NCBI RefSeq assembly: GCF_036378875.1
Contig: NZ_DASUVO010000140.1
Span: 30,864 to 94,863 of the forward strand
Reading direction: 5' to 3'
DNA: 64,000 nucleotides
From: Actinophytocola sp.
Lineage (GTDB): Bacteria; Actinomycetota; Actinomycetes; Mycobacteriales; Pseudonocardiaceae
The position numbers were made by a program, and so were the translations under genes. Shown here in pieces: positions 9,825 through 20,520 of the stretch. The notes beneath the pieces were generated by a model. The model saw nothing but the letters and a program-made list of their open reading frames with translations, was not told where the DNA came from and did no database searches. Within the stretch, counting starts at the first letter, position 1. Each line of letters opens with the position of its first letter.

Positions 9825-9962
9825 GACTTCTCTCGTTGGCCTGGCGTGAGGGGTGGTCGTGAGGACAAAGACTCCTCCGAAATCCCTACGGAAGTACCGG
9901 GGAAGTTACGTAACTCGGTACGGAGATCGGCGTCCGCGACGTCCCATCGAGCAAGCCTTCGC

Positions 9963-10937
9963 TCAGGGTAGGTCGAGGGTTTTCCGCACGGCGCGGTACT
10001 GCAGCGCCGGGCCGTAGTAGCTGAGAGGCTCCCACGGCAGGCGGTTCGGCACGCTCGTGCTGCTGACCTCGGCGAGGTGGCGGCGTGCCCGGTCGTGGTC
10101 CCCGGCGAGGTACAGGGCGGCGCCGTACAGATGATGGGCCTCGGGCGTGCGCACATGCGGTCGAAGATTGGCGATCCAATCGTCGGCGTGCTGGGTGATC
10201 TGGTTCCGAACGGACCGCGACCCGAAGTAGAGGTACGGGTCTACCTCCTTGTCGATCATCACCTCGAGATGGGCGGCGACCAGGATCGCGCCAAGTGGTT
10301 CGCCGGGCGGAGCGGCGCCTGCCGCGGAGGTGGCGAACTCGAGTACCTCGTCGTTGCTGCCCTGCCATTTGGCGCACAGCACCTGCACGCGGGAGAAGTG
10401 GCTGGCGTAGTGGACACTGTTTCGGGAATGCAGCTCGTGCCACACGTCGTCGAGCTCGGCACGGTCCACCTGGAGACCGAGACCGCGCCACTGCAGCTGA
10501 TCCCACGGTGTCGGGTCGTCCGGCCGAAGCTCGGCCGCCCGGACCAGTGGGTCGTACACACCGCCGAGCAGGAACCAGAAGCTCTCGAACTGCTCGCGGC
10601 TGACGTCGGCCGCCATCGCGCCCGTGCGGACCTGCCACGCTTGCTTGATGCGGGTTGCGCCGAGCAGGAGCGCGAGGTCGGCGTCGTCGGGTCGCTCGGT
10701 GGACAGCCGGGCCAGTGCGTCCACGTTGCCGATCGCCTGTTTGGACAGTCGGCCCACGCGCAGCGCCCTGAGCTCGTGGTCGCCCTGGGCACCCGCCAGC
10801 AGACGCCGACCGGCCTCGATGTCCCCGGCCCGAACCTTTTCCTCGACAGGCGGCAACTCGGGGTCGTGCCAGGCCGTGTCCTCACGGAGATTGTTGGATC
10901 GCAGGGCTCGGATGATCCGGCCGATCGTGCGTAACAT
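9963..10937 (-). CDS. DUF4034-like helical-repeat protein
   Basis: Starts MLRTIGRIIRAL (ATG 10937); AWQVRTGAMAADVSREQFESF and VQVLCAKWQGS motifs typical of this actinobacterial family. Confidence 0.65.
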   Translation of the reverse strand: MLRTIGRIIRALRSNNLREDTAWHDPELPPVEEKVRAGDIEAGRRLLAGAQGDHELRALRVGRLSKQAIGNVDALARLSTERPDDADLALLLGATRIKQAWQVRTGAMAADVSREQFESFWFLLGGVYDPLVRAAELRPDDPTPWDQLQWRGLGLQVDRAELDDVWHELHSRNSVHYASHFSRVQVLCAKWQGSNDEVLEFATSAAGAAPPGEPLGAILVAAHLEVMIDKEVDPYLYFGSRSVRNQITQHADDWIANLRPHVRTPEAHHLYGAALYLAGDHDRARRHLAEVSSTSVPNRLPWEPLSYYGPALQYRAVRKTLDLP

Positions 10938-10954
10938 GGAAACCTCGCCGAGTG

Positions 10955-12498
10955 TCAGGTGCGCTTGAGGCGGGCAAGAAGGCGGTCCCACGAGCCGACG
11001 TGTGCGGGGCGGGGTATCTCGCCGGCCGGCCGCGGAGGTCGAGAAAGGACGACGGCCTGCGGCACGCCACGGTCGAGAAGATCGGACACCAGGTGCCCTT
11101 CGCGCCACATCGTCGGTTCAACTCGCAGGTGCAGTCCGTCCCGGCCGATCAGATGCCGCGCGCCGTCCGGCCAGGACTGCATCGCCTCGCACTGATCGAA
11201 CCTGACGGTCATGAAGGCCAATCCCTCGACCAGGCTGATCCCGGTGGGACCGACGCACAGCCGCGCCCTGCTGTCATTGCCGGGTCCGATCGTCCGCTGC
11301 CCGCGAGGTGTGGACGACTTCGCGGCGAGAAAGACACGCCCATCCACCACCGCGTCCGATGTCGACGGTGCGGGAGAGTAGCGACCGCCCGGTGGCCGGT
11401 GGCCGGACGGCACCATCAACAGCATGTCGTCACGGGCCTCGACAGAAGCCGCGGTCAGCTGCTCCCGGGTCAGTTCGTCGATCTCGGCCAGGAGGTCCGC
11501 AAAGCTTGGCGACGCGGCGCCGACCAGCTCGTCATGTGCGGCGCCCACCACCCAGCCGGCGGCGGCGTCGGGTTCCCTCATCGGCGCTCTGAGCAGGTCG
11601 GCGACCTCCGCGACCTCCCGCGCGGCAGGCGGCTCCTCGGCCAGCCGATCGACGGTCTCGACGAAGCCGTCGACCAGCCTGGCGTGCACTGCCTCCAGCC
11701 CGTCCACGAAAGCCGTGATCTGAGCCATCTGCCCGTCTCGCCGCTCGTAGGAAGCGACCGGGCTGTAGCTGATGCCCTCGGCCACCCGCAGTCGCTCGTA
11801 CAGGCGGCGTCGCAACAGTTCGGTGTACGCCGAAGCCGCGATGGACCGGCGGACCACGCTGCTGGCGGCCACGCCGTCGATGAGCGACGGGAAGTACGCC
11901 GGGGTCCGCGGCAACGTGCTGGATGGCCGCGGTGGCGGCACACGCGGCCCGTCGGGCAGATCAAGCCGCAGGCTCGTGGGAGGCTCGCCGCCGATCAGCC
12001 ACAACACCGCGTTGCCTCGGGTGAACCACCGGCTCGCCCACCGCCGCAGCTCCTCGGGATCATGGTGGCCGACACCGAGCTCTTCGTAGCCGCCCAGGCC
12101 GTAGGTGGCCGCGCCGTACCGCCAGATCGCCAACGCCGAGGCGACGTCCCGCCCGCCCGCACGATTCGCCTCGGTCAGCAGTACCTGGTTCTCCAACTCC
12201 ATCCGGTCGGTCGGCAGACGACACAGGGCCCGGCAGACTCCGGCGAGGAAGCAGGCGACGTCCCGATCGGACCCGCGCGTGACGAACGTCGTGGTCGTAG
12301 CGTCAACCGCGCCGTTGACATGATCAGGACGATGCCCCATCTCGTGCAGGGCAAGATGCTCGACCAGGTGCGTGATACCCGTCGCGCCAGTCGCTCGTCG
12401 GCATGGCCGACCCGAAAGACGAGACCGGCCTTGAACTCACCGTCGTGCCGCGACCAGAACGTCGGCACCCCGTCGACCTCGGTCCGCCCCCATTCCAC
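10955..12498 (-). pseudogene. M16 (insulinase-like) metallopeptidase split by a 1-nt frameshift
   Basis: N-terminus VEWGRTEVDGVPTFW...GLVFRVGHADERLARR (ORF 12175..12531) switches frame at the CCC run 12378-12380 into GITHLVEHLAL, the inverted HxxEH Zn motif, which continues in ORF 10955..12340. Confidence 0.8.
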
Positions 12499-12681
12499 CC
12501 CAGTGCCCTTCCTTCGACCACCGAACGACACGATGGCACCCCAGTGTTCCCCCCGACAGCACGTATCCTAGCGAGCCCGGGCGGTCGAATCCCTGGCATG
12601 AGAAAGGTTCTGGGCCCCAAGCCACGAACCATCCCAACCAAACAGCGACTGGCCGCCGCCACGCTCTGAACACTTGGCAAA

Positions 12682-13515
12682 TCAGACGGTGAACCGGCCG
12701 CCGTTGCTCAGCAGGACCGCCCCGACGACGTTGGAGGCACCCGGCGACGCGAGATAGCAGATGTTGTCGGCGAGCTCCTCGGCCGAGGCGTAGCCCAGTA
12801 CCCCGGACTCGGCCATGGCCGTCCGCACCGCGGCGGGTGTCCGGCCGGCCATCGGGGTGTCGACCGGACCGGGTGCCACCGTGTTGACCCGGATCCCGAA
12901 GGCGATCGCCTCCTTGGCGACGGCCTGGGACAGGGCGTGCACACCGGCCTTGGACGCCGCGTAGTGCGGGTAACCGGTGAGGGTGTCGAAGCTCGCGGAC
13001 GAGCCGACAGTGACGATCGCCCCCGTGCCCCGGGGCCGCATCGCGCGCACCGCGGCTCGGAGCACGTGGAAGGTGCCGTCGAGGTTGATCGACAGAACCC
13101 GGCGCCAGGCCGCGTCGTCAAGGTGGCACAGGACGTCGACCGGCTCGCCAGACTCCTGCGCGTGCAGGATGCGGCTCTTCGCGTCCGGGTCGTCGACCCC
13201 GGCGGTGTGCACCAGGACGTCGATGCGGCCGTGCTCGGCGAGCACCGCCTCCACCACGGCATCGACCGCCACCGGATCGGTCACGTCGACCACGTGGGCG
13301 TGCCCGCCGACCCGGTCGGCGACCTGGCGCGCACCGAGTTCGTCGCGGTCGGCCACGTGCACGGCGACACAGCCCTCGGCCGCCAGCTGACGGGCCACGG
13401 CCGCCCCGATGCCGGAGCCGCCACCGGTCACCAGTGCGACGTGGCCGGCGAACCGCCCCGTCTTCGTCTCGGCACCCGCGGGCGATGGGTTGCCGCTCGC
13501 GTGGACCTGGGACAT
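12682..13515 (-). CDS. SDR oxidoreductase (FabG-like)
   Basis: TGGGSGIG, HTAG, YAASK and VNTVAPGPVDT motifs; GAAGGAG RBS before ATG 13515. Confidence 0.9.
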   Translation of the reverse strand: MSQVHASGNPSPAGAETKTGRFAGHVALVTGGGSGIGAAVARQLAAEGCVAVHVADRDELGARQVADRVGGHAHVVDVTDPVAVDAVVEAVLAEHGRIDVLVHTAGVDDPDAKSRILHAQESGEPVDVLCHLDDAAWRRVLSINLDGTFHVLRAAVRAMRPRGTGAIVTVGSSASFDTLTGYPHYAASKAGVHALSQAVAKEAIAFGIRVNTVAPGPVDTPMAGRTPAAVRTAMAESGVLGYASAEELADNICYLASPGASNVVGAVLLSNGGRFTV

Positions 13516-13556
13516 CAGCACTCCTTCGTACTCGGATCGGCCGAACCATGCCTACT

Positions 13557-13572
13557 CTCAACCTGAATTGAG
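13557..13572. promoter_or_regulatory. CTCAA-N6-TTGAG dyad (MerR/SoxR-like operator geometry) upstream of the SDR
   Basis: CTCAACCTGAATTGAG. On the minus strand it overlaps a TTGAAC -35-like hexamer; the -10 element is poor. Confidence 0.35.
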
Positions 13573-13737
13573 TTCAAGAGGCCCAGCCAGCGGTGGTCTG
13601 AAGTACTGATAACCGCGGTGTTATCGGTAGCGGCGGTATTTCGTTGTTGATCGCCACCGCGTGAGCCAGCAGTCTTGGGGCGTCACAGGATCGGCCGCGG
13701 ACGTCGCGGCGATCAAGTCTGCTTTTGAGAGGCACCC

Positions 13738-14157
13738 ATGCGGTTCACGGTGGTCGGGATGGCAGTCGCGGCGGAGGAACCCGCCGTGAGCGCGGCTTGG
13801 TTCACGAAGCACTTCGGGTTCAAGGTCGGTATCGATCTTGGCTGGTACGTGAACACCCAGCACCCCGATCACTCGAACCTGAGCCTGGACTTCGTCCACA
13901 GTGGTCACGAGTCGTGGCCGGCGGCGACCCGAGGGAAGACTGTGGTCGGCACCCTGCTGGCGTTTCTCGTCGCCGATGTGGACGCCGAGTTCGAACGGTT
14001 GCGAGCCATGGGGCTGGACGTCGTCATGCCACTGGTGACCGAGCCGTGGGGACAGCGCCGGTTCCAGGTCGCCGGGCCGGACGGGCTGCTGGTCGAGGTG
14101 CTGCAGATGGTGGCACCGGACCCGCGGTGGCTGGCCGACAACGGCATGGCCGGATGA
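13738..14157 (+). CDS. VOC/glyoxalase family protein
   Basis: AWFTKHFGF...LAFLVADVDAEFERL...EPWGQRRFQVAGPDGLLVEV. Confidence 0.85.
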   Translation: MRFTVVGMAVAAEEPAVSAAWFTKHFGFKVGIDLGWYVNTQHPDHSNLSLDFVHSGHESWPAATRGKTVVGTLLAFLVADVDAEFERLRAMGLDVVMPLVTEPWGQRRFQVAGPDGLLVEVLQMVAPDPRWLADNGMAG

Positions 14158-14202
14158 CCGCGCCCCACGAGTTCCTGACAATGACCCGAACTGGAGGAAG
14201 CC

Positions 14203-15165
14203 ATGACCCTGGCGCGTGACTCAACTGTGGAACAGGGCAACCTGACCATGCGCCCGATCACCGGACGCGACGAGCTCGACCTCTTCAACCGACTGCCCTA
14301 CGTCTTCAACGAGGAGTTGGCGGACGACCTCGCAGGCGGCCGTCGCCGGCCGGAGTGGATGTGGGTCGCCCTGCGTGGTGACCATCTGCTGGCCAGGGTC
14401 GCCTGGTGGGGGCGGCCCGACAACGACCAACCGTTGATCCTGGACGTGTTCGACCTCGACGACAGCAGCGCGGACCGGGTGGACATCGGCTTGGCGCTGT
14501 TGCGGAGGGCCATGGCCGCGGTGGTCCCGGCGGGCACCCGTCCGCCCGAGTACAGCCGTTGCGTACCACCGGATTGGCGCGAGGGCGGGGCGACCGGGCA
14601 GGTCGTCGAGGACCGCATGGTCGTCCTGGAACAGACCGGCGCCCGGCTGTCGATCGAACGGCTGCGTCTGCAGTGGCATCCCGGGACGCCGATCCCGGAG
14701 CCGACCGGACGGCTGCGGTTCCGGGCGGTGGGCGACACCGAGGAACTCCTCGCCATGATGACTCGGGCGCTGGAGGGGACGCTGGACGAGCACAGCCGCG
14801 ACGACCTGACCCGGATGTCCGCCCGCGAGGCGGCGGTCAAACACTACGAGGAGGAGTTCGCGCGCTACCGCAGCCCGCGGGACTGGTGGCAGGTGGCGAC
14901 GCTGCCGGACGGCGAGCCGGTGGGGTTCGTCATCCCGGCCCGCAACGACTACAACCCTCTCATCGCCTACCTCGCCGTACTGCCCGAACACCGCGGCAAC
15001 GGCTACATCGACGAGATCCTCGCCGAAGGCACCCGGCTTCTCAGCACGCAGGACGTCCCACGCATCCGCGCCGCCACCGATCTCGGCAACATCCCCATGG
15101 CGAAAGCCTTCCAGCGCGCCGGATACGTCAACTTCGAACGCACGATCAACATGACCTGGCACTGA
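14203..15165 (+). CDS. GNAT acetyltransferase (two-domain)
   Basis: YLAVLPEHRGNGY acetyl-CoA motif A; ATDLGNIPMAKAFQRAGY. Confidence 0.85.
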   Translation: MTLARDSTVEQGNLTMRPITGRDELDLFNRLPYVFNEELADDLAGGRRRPEWMWVALRGDHLLARVAWWGRPDNDQPLILDVFDLDDSSADRVDIGLALLRRAMAAVVPAGTRPPEYSRCVPPDWREGGATGQVVEDRMVVLEQTGARLSIERLRLQWHPGTPIPEPTGRLRFRAVGDTEELLAMMTRALEGTLDEHSRDDLTRMSAREAAVKHYEEEFARYRSPRDWWQVATLPDGEPVGFVIPARNDYNPLIAYLAVLPEHRGNGYIDEILAEGTRLLSTQDVPRIRAATDLGNIPMAKAFQRAGYVNFERTINMTWH

Positions 15166-15225
15166 TCCAGCCATCGGGTGGGAGGCCGCGAAGAACCTCC
15201 CACCCACTCGGCGTCACCCGGGACG

Positions 15226-15549
15226 TCGTGCCACCCGACGACTCGCCACACGGGCCGCCTGCTGGCTCTGCGCCTGGATGTCACGGACCGTGCGGCGGTC
15301 TTCGACGTCGTCGCACAGGCGGTCGACCGCTTCGGCAGGCTCGACATCGTCGTGAACAACGCCGGCGCGCTCTTCGCCGGAATGGTGGAGTTCACCGAAG
15401 CGCAGGCCCGCGCGCAGCCGGACCTCAACTTCTTCGGCGCGCTGTGGGTCAGCCAGGCCGTCCTGCCCACCTGCGGACACACGGGCGCATCGTGCAGATC
15501 TCCAGCATCGGTGCGCTGGGCGGAGAAGGCCGTGCCCGCCCCGAACTGA
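15226..15549 (+). pseudogene. SDR oxidoreductase internal fragment
   Basis: LLALRLDVTDRAAV...FGRLDIVVNNAG...NFFGALWVSQAVLP, then HIVQISSIG in another frame. The Rossmann TGxxxGIG and YxxxK motifs are absent. Ends are approximate. Confidence 0.75.
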
Positions 15550-15574
15550 CCGGCTGTGCCGTCATTCAGGTGTC

Positions 15575-16465
15575 TTAGAGGTCGAGTGGCCCGATGTCGC
15601 GGATGGTCCTGGCGAGGGCACGGATGAGATCGTTCTCGGACTCGGCGAGCCACACCAGTCCGTACGACAACGCGTCGATGTCCCGGACGGGTAGGTAGGC
15701 GATGTCGGGTCGTGCTCCGTACCGGGTCATGTGGCCGGGGAAGAGGGTGACGACTTCTCCGGTGCTGGTCAGGATGAGGGCCTGGTCTCCGTTGTGTACG
15801 ACTGGACCGCGTTCGATCTGGCGTCCCTCGCGGGTGTGGGACGGGACGTAACTGTCGACCCAGTAGGCCGGGGCCACCGCGATGTCGGGGTGCTGGAAGT
15901 CGCTGACGACCTCCAGCGAGATCGAGGTGTACCGGGTGAGCTCGTGATCGGTGGGAACGGCCAGCACCCGTGGTTCGCTGAACAGGACCGGCCCGACGGT
16001 GACGTCGGGTTCCTCGACGGGCAGCCACGTGATCAGGACATCGATGTTGCCTCGGCGTAGTTCGCCGAACGGGTCGTTGGCGAGCGCCTGCTGGAACCGT
16101 AGCCGCCACTGAGGATGGTTGGCGCGGAACGTGTCCCAGTAGGAGCGCACGTCGTGGAGGTTGATGGGCAGGGTGCCGACGCGGAGTACCGCGTCGATGC
16201 CCTGGCCGGCGAGGCGGGCTCGTTCGAGGCTGTCGCGTAGTCCCGCGTAGACGGGTCGGAGGTCGTCGCGGAGTTGTCGGCCGACGGAGGTCAGCTGGAT
16301 CTGGCGGCGGTTGGCGCGGTCGAACAGTGGGACGCCGATGCGCCGTTCCTGCTGGCTGATCGCCTGGCTGACACGGGCCTGGGAGACGTGCAGCCGCTCG
16401 GCGGTGCGTCCGAAGTGGAGTTCCTCGGCGAGGGTCAGGAAGATCTCGATGTCCCGCAGCTCCAC
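15575..16465 (-). CDS. LysR-family transcriptional regulator
   Basis: MELRDIEIFLTLAEELHFGRTAERLHVSQARVSQAI HTH; GGAGGAGA RBS. Confidence 0.92.
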   Translation of the reverse strand: MELRDIEIFLTLAEELHFGRTAERLHVSQARVSQAISQQERRIGVPLFDRANRRQIQLTSVGRQLRDDLRPVYAGLRDSLERARLAGQGIDAVLRVGTLPINLHDVRSYWDTFRANHPQWRLRFQQALANDPFGELRRGNIDVLITWLPVEEPDVTVGPVLFSEPRVLAVPTDHELTRYTSISLEVVSDFQHPDIAVAPAYWVDSYVPSHTREGRQIERGPVVHNGDQALILTSTGEVVTLFPGHMTRYGARPDIAYLPVRDIDALSYGLVWLAESENDLIRALARTIRDIGPLDL

Positions 16466-16480
16466 CGGTCTCCTCCTTCG

Positions 16481-17382
16481 TCAGCTCGTCGTGTCACGTG
16501 TCGCTCCGATGTCCGCGTCTCGGGCCGCCTCGGCGAAGGCGTGCACCAGCGGGTTTCCGGCGCTGGTGCGCCAGACCAGGGCCCACTGACACGGTGGGGC
16601 GTCGCGGATGGGAATGTAGACGATGTTGGGCCATGGGTAGAACTGGGCGGCCTCGACGGCGACCGCGGTGACGGCCTGGCCCGCGGCCACCGCCGTCATC
16701 TCCTCGTGCCAGGTGGACACCTTCTGACCACGGGGGACCGGGCGTCCCGCGGGGGTGTGGAAGGGGTTGAAGGTCTCCTCCATGTAGTCGGGAACCGCGG
16801 TGCCGGCCAGGACGGTGCAGTCGCCGAAGTCCTCCAGACACACTGATTCGCGTTCGGCGAGTGGGTGTTTGGCGTCGACCATGAGCAGTACCGCGGAGGA
16901 GTGGGTCACCGGGCCGACGGTGAGGTCGGGGTCGCGGACTGGTAGCCAGACCAGTCCGATGTCCACCTCCCCCGAGTGGATTGGTTCGAGGGGCGCGGTC
17001 GGCTGGATCTCCCGGTAGTGCAGCCGCACGGCTGGGTTCTGGTTTGGAACAGGTCGATGACCTGGTTGATCGCCCAGGGTTGCGGTCCCATGCTGCCGAG
17101 GGTCAGGTGGCCGTGATGTCCGCTCGCGGCGGCGGTCGCCGCGGCGACGCCCGTCATGATCTGCTGGTATCCGGCGCTCAGGTCCCGGTGGAGTTGCTCA
17201 CCGATCGGGGTGAGGCGTACTCGGCGGCTGGTGCGGTGGAACAGCGGCGCGCCGATGCGCCGTTCCTGCGCCTTGATCGCCTGGCTGACCCTGGCCTGGG
17301 AGATGTGCAGTCGTTCGGCGGTGCGTCCGAAGTGGAGTTCCTCGGCGAGGATCAGGAAGATCTCGATGTCCCGCAGTTCCAC
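16481..17382 (-). pseudogene. Second LysR regulator, frameshifted near 17035
   Basis: HTH in ORF 16906..17394 (VELRDIEIFLILAEELHFG); substrate-binding domain continues in ORF 16481..17029 (RLHYREIQ...GEVDIGLVWLPV). Confidence 0.85.
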
Positions 17383-17506
17383 CCGTGCCCCCATCGCCTC
17401 ATAACCACCATGTTATCGATGGGCCGGTGAAGTTGGCGTTGATCCGTTCGGTGCGTCGCGGGAGGGTTGGCGTAGCACCAACCCGGCCCTGGGGAAGGAA
17501 CCAATC

Positions 17507-17968
17507 ATGCGAGCACGGATGAAGAACCCTGCTCTCGTGCTGCCCGACGGGATGACGGGCATCGGCTCGATCCTGCGGGCCGTCCACTTTGGTGGGATTG
17601 CCGAAGGGCTGCGGGAGATCGTCGGCCTGCGGGTCAGCCAGATCAACGGGTGTTCCGCGTGCGTGCACACACACAGCCAGAACCTGGTCAAGGCCGGGGA
17701 GAGTGCGGAGCGAATAGCGGGCGTTGGCGCGTGGCGGGAGGCGCCGTTCTTCACCGGCGCGGAGCGGGCGGCGCTGGCGCTGACCGAGATGGTCACCCGG
17801 CTGGCCGACCGGTCCGGCGAGGCGGTGCCCGACGAGCTGTGGGACGAGGTGGCCGACCACTTCGACGAACGGCAGATCTCGGCACTGATCCTGTTGATCG
17901 GTGTGACCAATCTGGTCAATCGACTCAATGCCGCCGTCCGCGAGCCCGCGAGCAGCGCATGGGGCTGA
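17507..17968 (+). CDS. Carboxymuconolactone decarboxylase/AhpD-like protein
   Basis: LRVSQINGCSACVHTH (CxxC+H) and WREAPFFTGAERAALALTE. Confidence 0.9.
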   Translation: MRARMKNPALVLPDGMTGIGSILRAVHFGGIAEGLREIVGLRVSQINGCSACVHTHSQNLVKAGESAERIAGVGAWREAPFFTGAERAALALTEMVTRLADRSGEAVPDELWDEVADHFDERQISALILLIGVTNLVNRLNAAVREPASSAWG

Positions 17969-17970
17969 GC

Positions 17971-18609
17971 ATGAACGGCAGACTCGACATGACCTCGATG
18001 TACGCGATGCACGACGCTCTGCGGCGAGAGCTGGTGCAGCTTGCCCGGGTCACCACACGCGTCGACGGAGATCCCTACCGCGTTCTGCATACCGCCGCCG
18101 GTTGGGCCCTGTTCACCACGTGCCTGCGGGTCCACCACAGCGCCGAGGACGACACGCTGTGGCCGGCGCTGCGCCGCACCCTGGCCGACCGGCCGGACGA
18201 GTTGGCGCTGCTGGAGGCGATCGAGGCCGAACACGCCGCCATCGCCGATGTCGTCGCGATGATCGAGGACCTCCTGACCACTCCGGAGACCGGCCTGGAC
18301 CGGTTGGGAGATCTCACCGACTCGCTGGCCACCGGTTTGGCCGGGCACCTGAAGCATGAGGAGGACCAGGCGCTGCCGCTGGTCCAGGCCTTCACCACCC
18401 CTGCGCAGTGGGCCCATTTCGGAGAGGTCCACGCCCAGCGGATCGCCCCGGACATCGCCCGCGTCCTGCCGTGGCTGCTGGACGGCGCGACCGAGCAGAC
18501 AGCGGCGACCGTGCTCGCGGTACTGCCCGCGTCCGGCCGCACCGAGTACACCACCCGGTGGCGACCGGCCTTCGCGGCCCTGGACCGCTGGAGCCCGAAC
18601 ACCGCCTGA
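17971..18609 (+). CDS. Hemerythrin-domain protein
   Basis: MHDALRRE, HHSAED, EAEH and HLKHEE iron-ligand pattern. Confidence 0.85.
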   Translation: MNGRLDMTSMYAMHDALRRELVQLARVTTRVDGDPYRVLHTAAGWALFTTCLRVHHSAEDDTLWPALRRTLADRPDELALLEAIEAEHAAIADVVAMIEDLLTTPETGLDRLGDLTDSLATGLAGHLKHEEDQALPLVQAFTTPAQWAHFGEVHAQRIAPDIARVLPWLLDGATEQTAATVLAVLPASGRTEYTTRWRPAFAALDRWSPNTA

Positions 18610-18875
18610 CCGCGAGCGGTCACCCACTACCGCGCCGACGAGCGGCGCGGTCACCTCGTCGCGCCGTGATCCGCGGCGAAACACCAGAAAGTGATGGAGG
18701 AGACATGGGTTCACGAACACCCGACCCGGTGGTGCCGGTTCCCGAACCGCGGGAGACGACCGGCGTGTTGGTCAAGGCCGAGGGCAACGGGTTGGCGCGA
18801 CCACGGCCGCCCTGATGGAGCCAGGTCCATGCGTTTACCAGCGTCAGCAAACAACCAGCACAGGAGCAAAGCACG

Positions 18876-19537
18876 ATGCGGAAGTTCGACACCCCCAACC
18901 CGATCGCCGTCTTCCTTGACATCCCCGCGGGGCGCGTCCGGTTCGTCGCCGCCGACCAGGCCGACACCACGGTCGAGGTCCTACCCGAGGACGCCGACAA
19001 GGGCCGCGATGTGAAGGTGGCGGAGCAGACGACGGTCGAATACGGCGACGGCGTGCTGCGGATCGAGGCCCATGCGAAGAACCAGATCCTCGGCCCCTCC
19101 GGTTCCGTCCAGGTGACGGTCCAGCTGCCCACCGGTTCCCGCGTCGAGGCGAAGGCGGCCAGCGTCGAACTCCGGGGCGTCGGCCGGTTCGGCGAGGTCA
19201 CCTTCGAGGCTTCGCACGGCTCGATCAATCTCGACGAGGCCGCGAGCGTCCGCCTCACCACCGACGCCGGTGACGTGTCGGTGGGGCGTCTGGGCGGCCC
19301 CGCGGAGATCAGCACCGGAAAGGGCGACATCCGGATCGCCGAGGCCGTGCGCGGCACGGTCGTGCTGCGCACCCAGGCCGGCGACGTGTCGGCGCCGCCG
19401 CCGGAGTTTCCGCCGCCCTGGACGCCGGCACCACGTACGGCCGGATCGACAACACGCTCAAGAACACCGACGGCACCGCCGAACTGAACATCCACGCGAC
19501 CACCGCCTCCGGCGACATCACCGCCCGCAGCCTCTGA
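18876..19537 (+). pseudogene. DUF4097 beta-strand-repeat protein, frameshifted near 19390
   Basis: MRKFDTPNPIAVFLDIPAG...; the natural C-terminus (AAAGVSAALDAGTTYGRIDNTLKN...HATTASGDITARSL*) lies in another frame ending at TGA 19537. Confidence 0.75.
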
Positions 19538-19551
19538 GGAAGACGAAACGA

Positions 19552-19611
19552 GTGAGCACCATTCAGGACTACCAGGCCGCGGAACAACTCCTGCGCCGAC
19601 CCGCTCGCCCC
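19552..19611 (+). pseudogene. 5' remnant of a probable S9/DPP-IV peptidase gene
   Basis: [22 protein letters not shown] resembles, from recall, the N-terminus of actinobacterial S9 peptidases; similarity is lost after about 20 codons. Confidence 0.35.
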
Positions 19612-19741
19612 GACTGCGCGAGCAACCACGGCCACGGTCGTCCCGTCGTTGTCGTGGCGAGTGGTCCTCCTTGTGCGGAGTGACAACCGAACGGGCCCCA
19701 GCGCGGTCACGCACTGGGGTCCGTCCGCCGTGGCTGTTAGT

Positions 19742-20482
19742 TCCACGACCTACGTCCGCCGACCGCCCTATCTCGACAGTATGAGCCGCGACCCCGCACC
19801 GGTCAGCGACATCCGCGACGCCCGCGTCCTGGTCAAACTCGGCGACTCCGTCACCACCGACCACATCTCCCCCGCCGGCGCCATCCCGCCCGGCGTACCG
19901 GCCGGCCGGTACCTGTGCTCCCTCGGGGTCCGGGAGCTGAACACCTACGCCTCCCGCCGAGGCAACCACGAGGTCATGATGCGTGGCACCTTCGCCAACG
20001 TCCGGCTCCGCAACCAGCTCGCACCCGGCACCGAAGGCGGCTACACGCGGGCCCCCGACGGCACCATCACCACGATCTATGACGCCGCCACCGCCTACCG
20101 CGACGCAGGCGTGCCACTGATCGTCCTCGCCGGCAAGGAATACGGCACCGGCTCCTCCCGCGACTGGGCCGCCAAAGGACCCGCACTGCTGGGCGTCCGT
20201 GCCGTCATCGCCGAGTCGTTCGAACGCATCCACCGCTCCAACCTCATCGGCATGGGCATCCTCCCCCTCGAGTTCCTCCCCGGTCAGAACGCCGACACCC
20301 TCGGCCTCACCGGCGACGAACCAGTCACCGTCACCGGCCTGACCGCCCTCCCCGACCGGGTCACCGCGCGGGCGGCCGACACCGAGTTCGAGCTCATCGT
20401 CCGACTCGACACCACCCGGGAAGCCGCCTACTACCAGCACGGCGGAATCATGAACTACGTCCTCCGCGATCTGCTGACCTGA
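19742..20482 (+). pseudogene. acnA: Aconitase A C-terminal (swivel) fragment; domains 1-3 missing
   Basis: [67 protein letters not shown] and [11 protein letters not shown]. None of the [4Fe-4S] Cys region is present. Confidence 0.9.
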
Positions 20483-20520
20483 GACCAAGATCCGGTCCCT
20501 GCTGGCGGGTGGTTCGGCGG

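Noticed and set aside
18408-18815. Short ORF MGSRTPDPVV... before DUF4097
   Set aside because: It has a possible RBS but only about 36 codons and no recognisable motif.
19742-20482. Functional aconitase or LeuD partner for the nearby dehydratase
   Set aside because: It begins in the AcnA linker with no matching large subunit and lies among other gene remnants.
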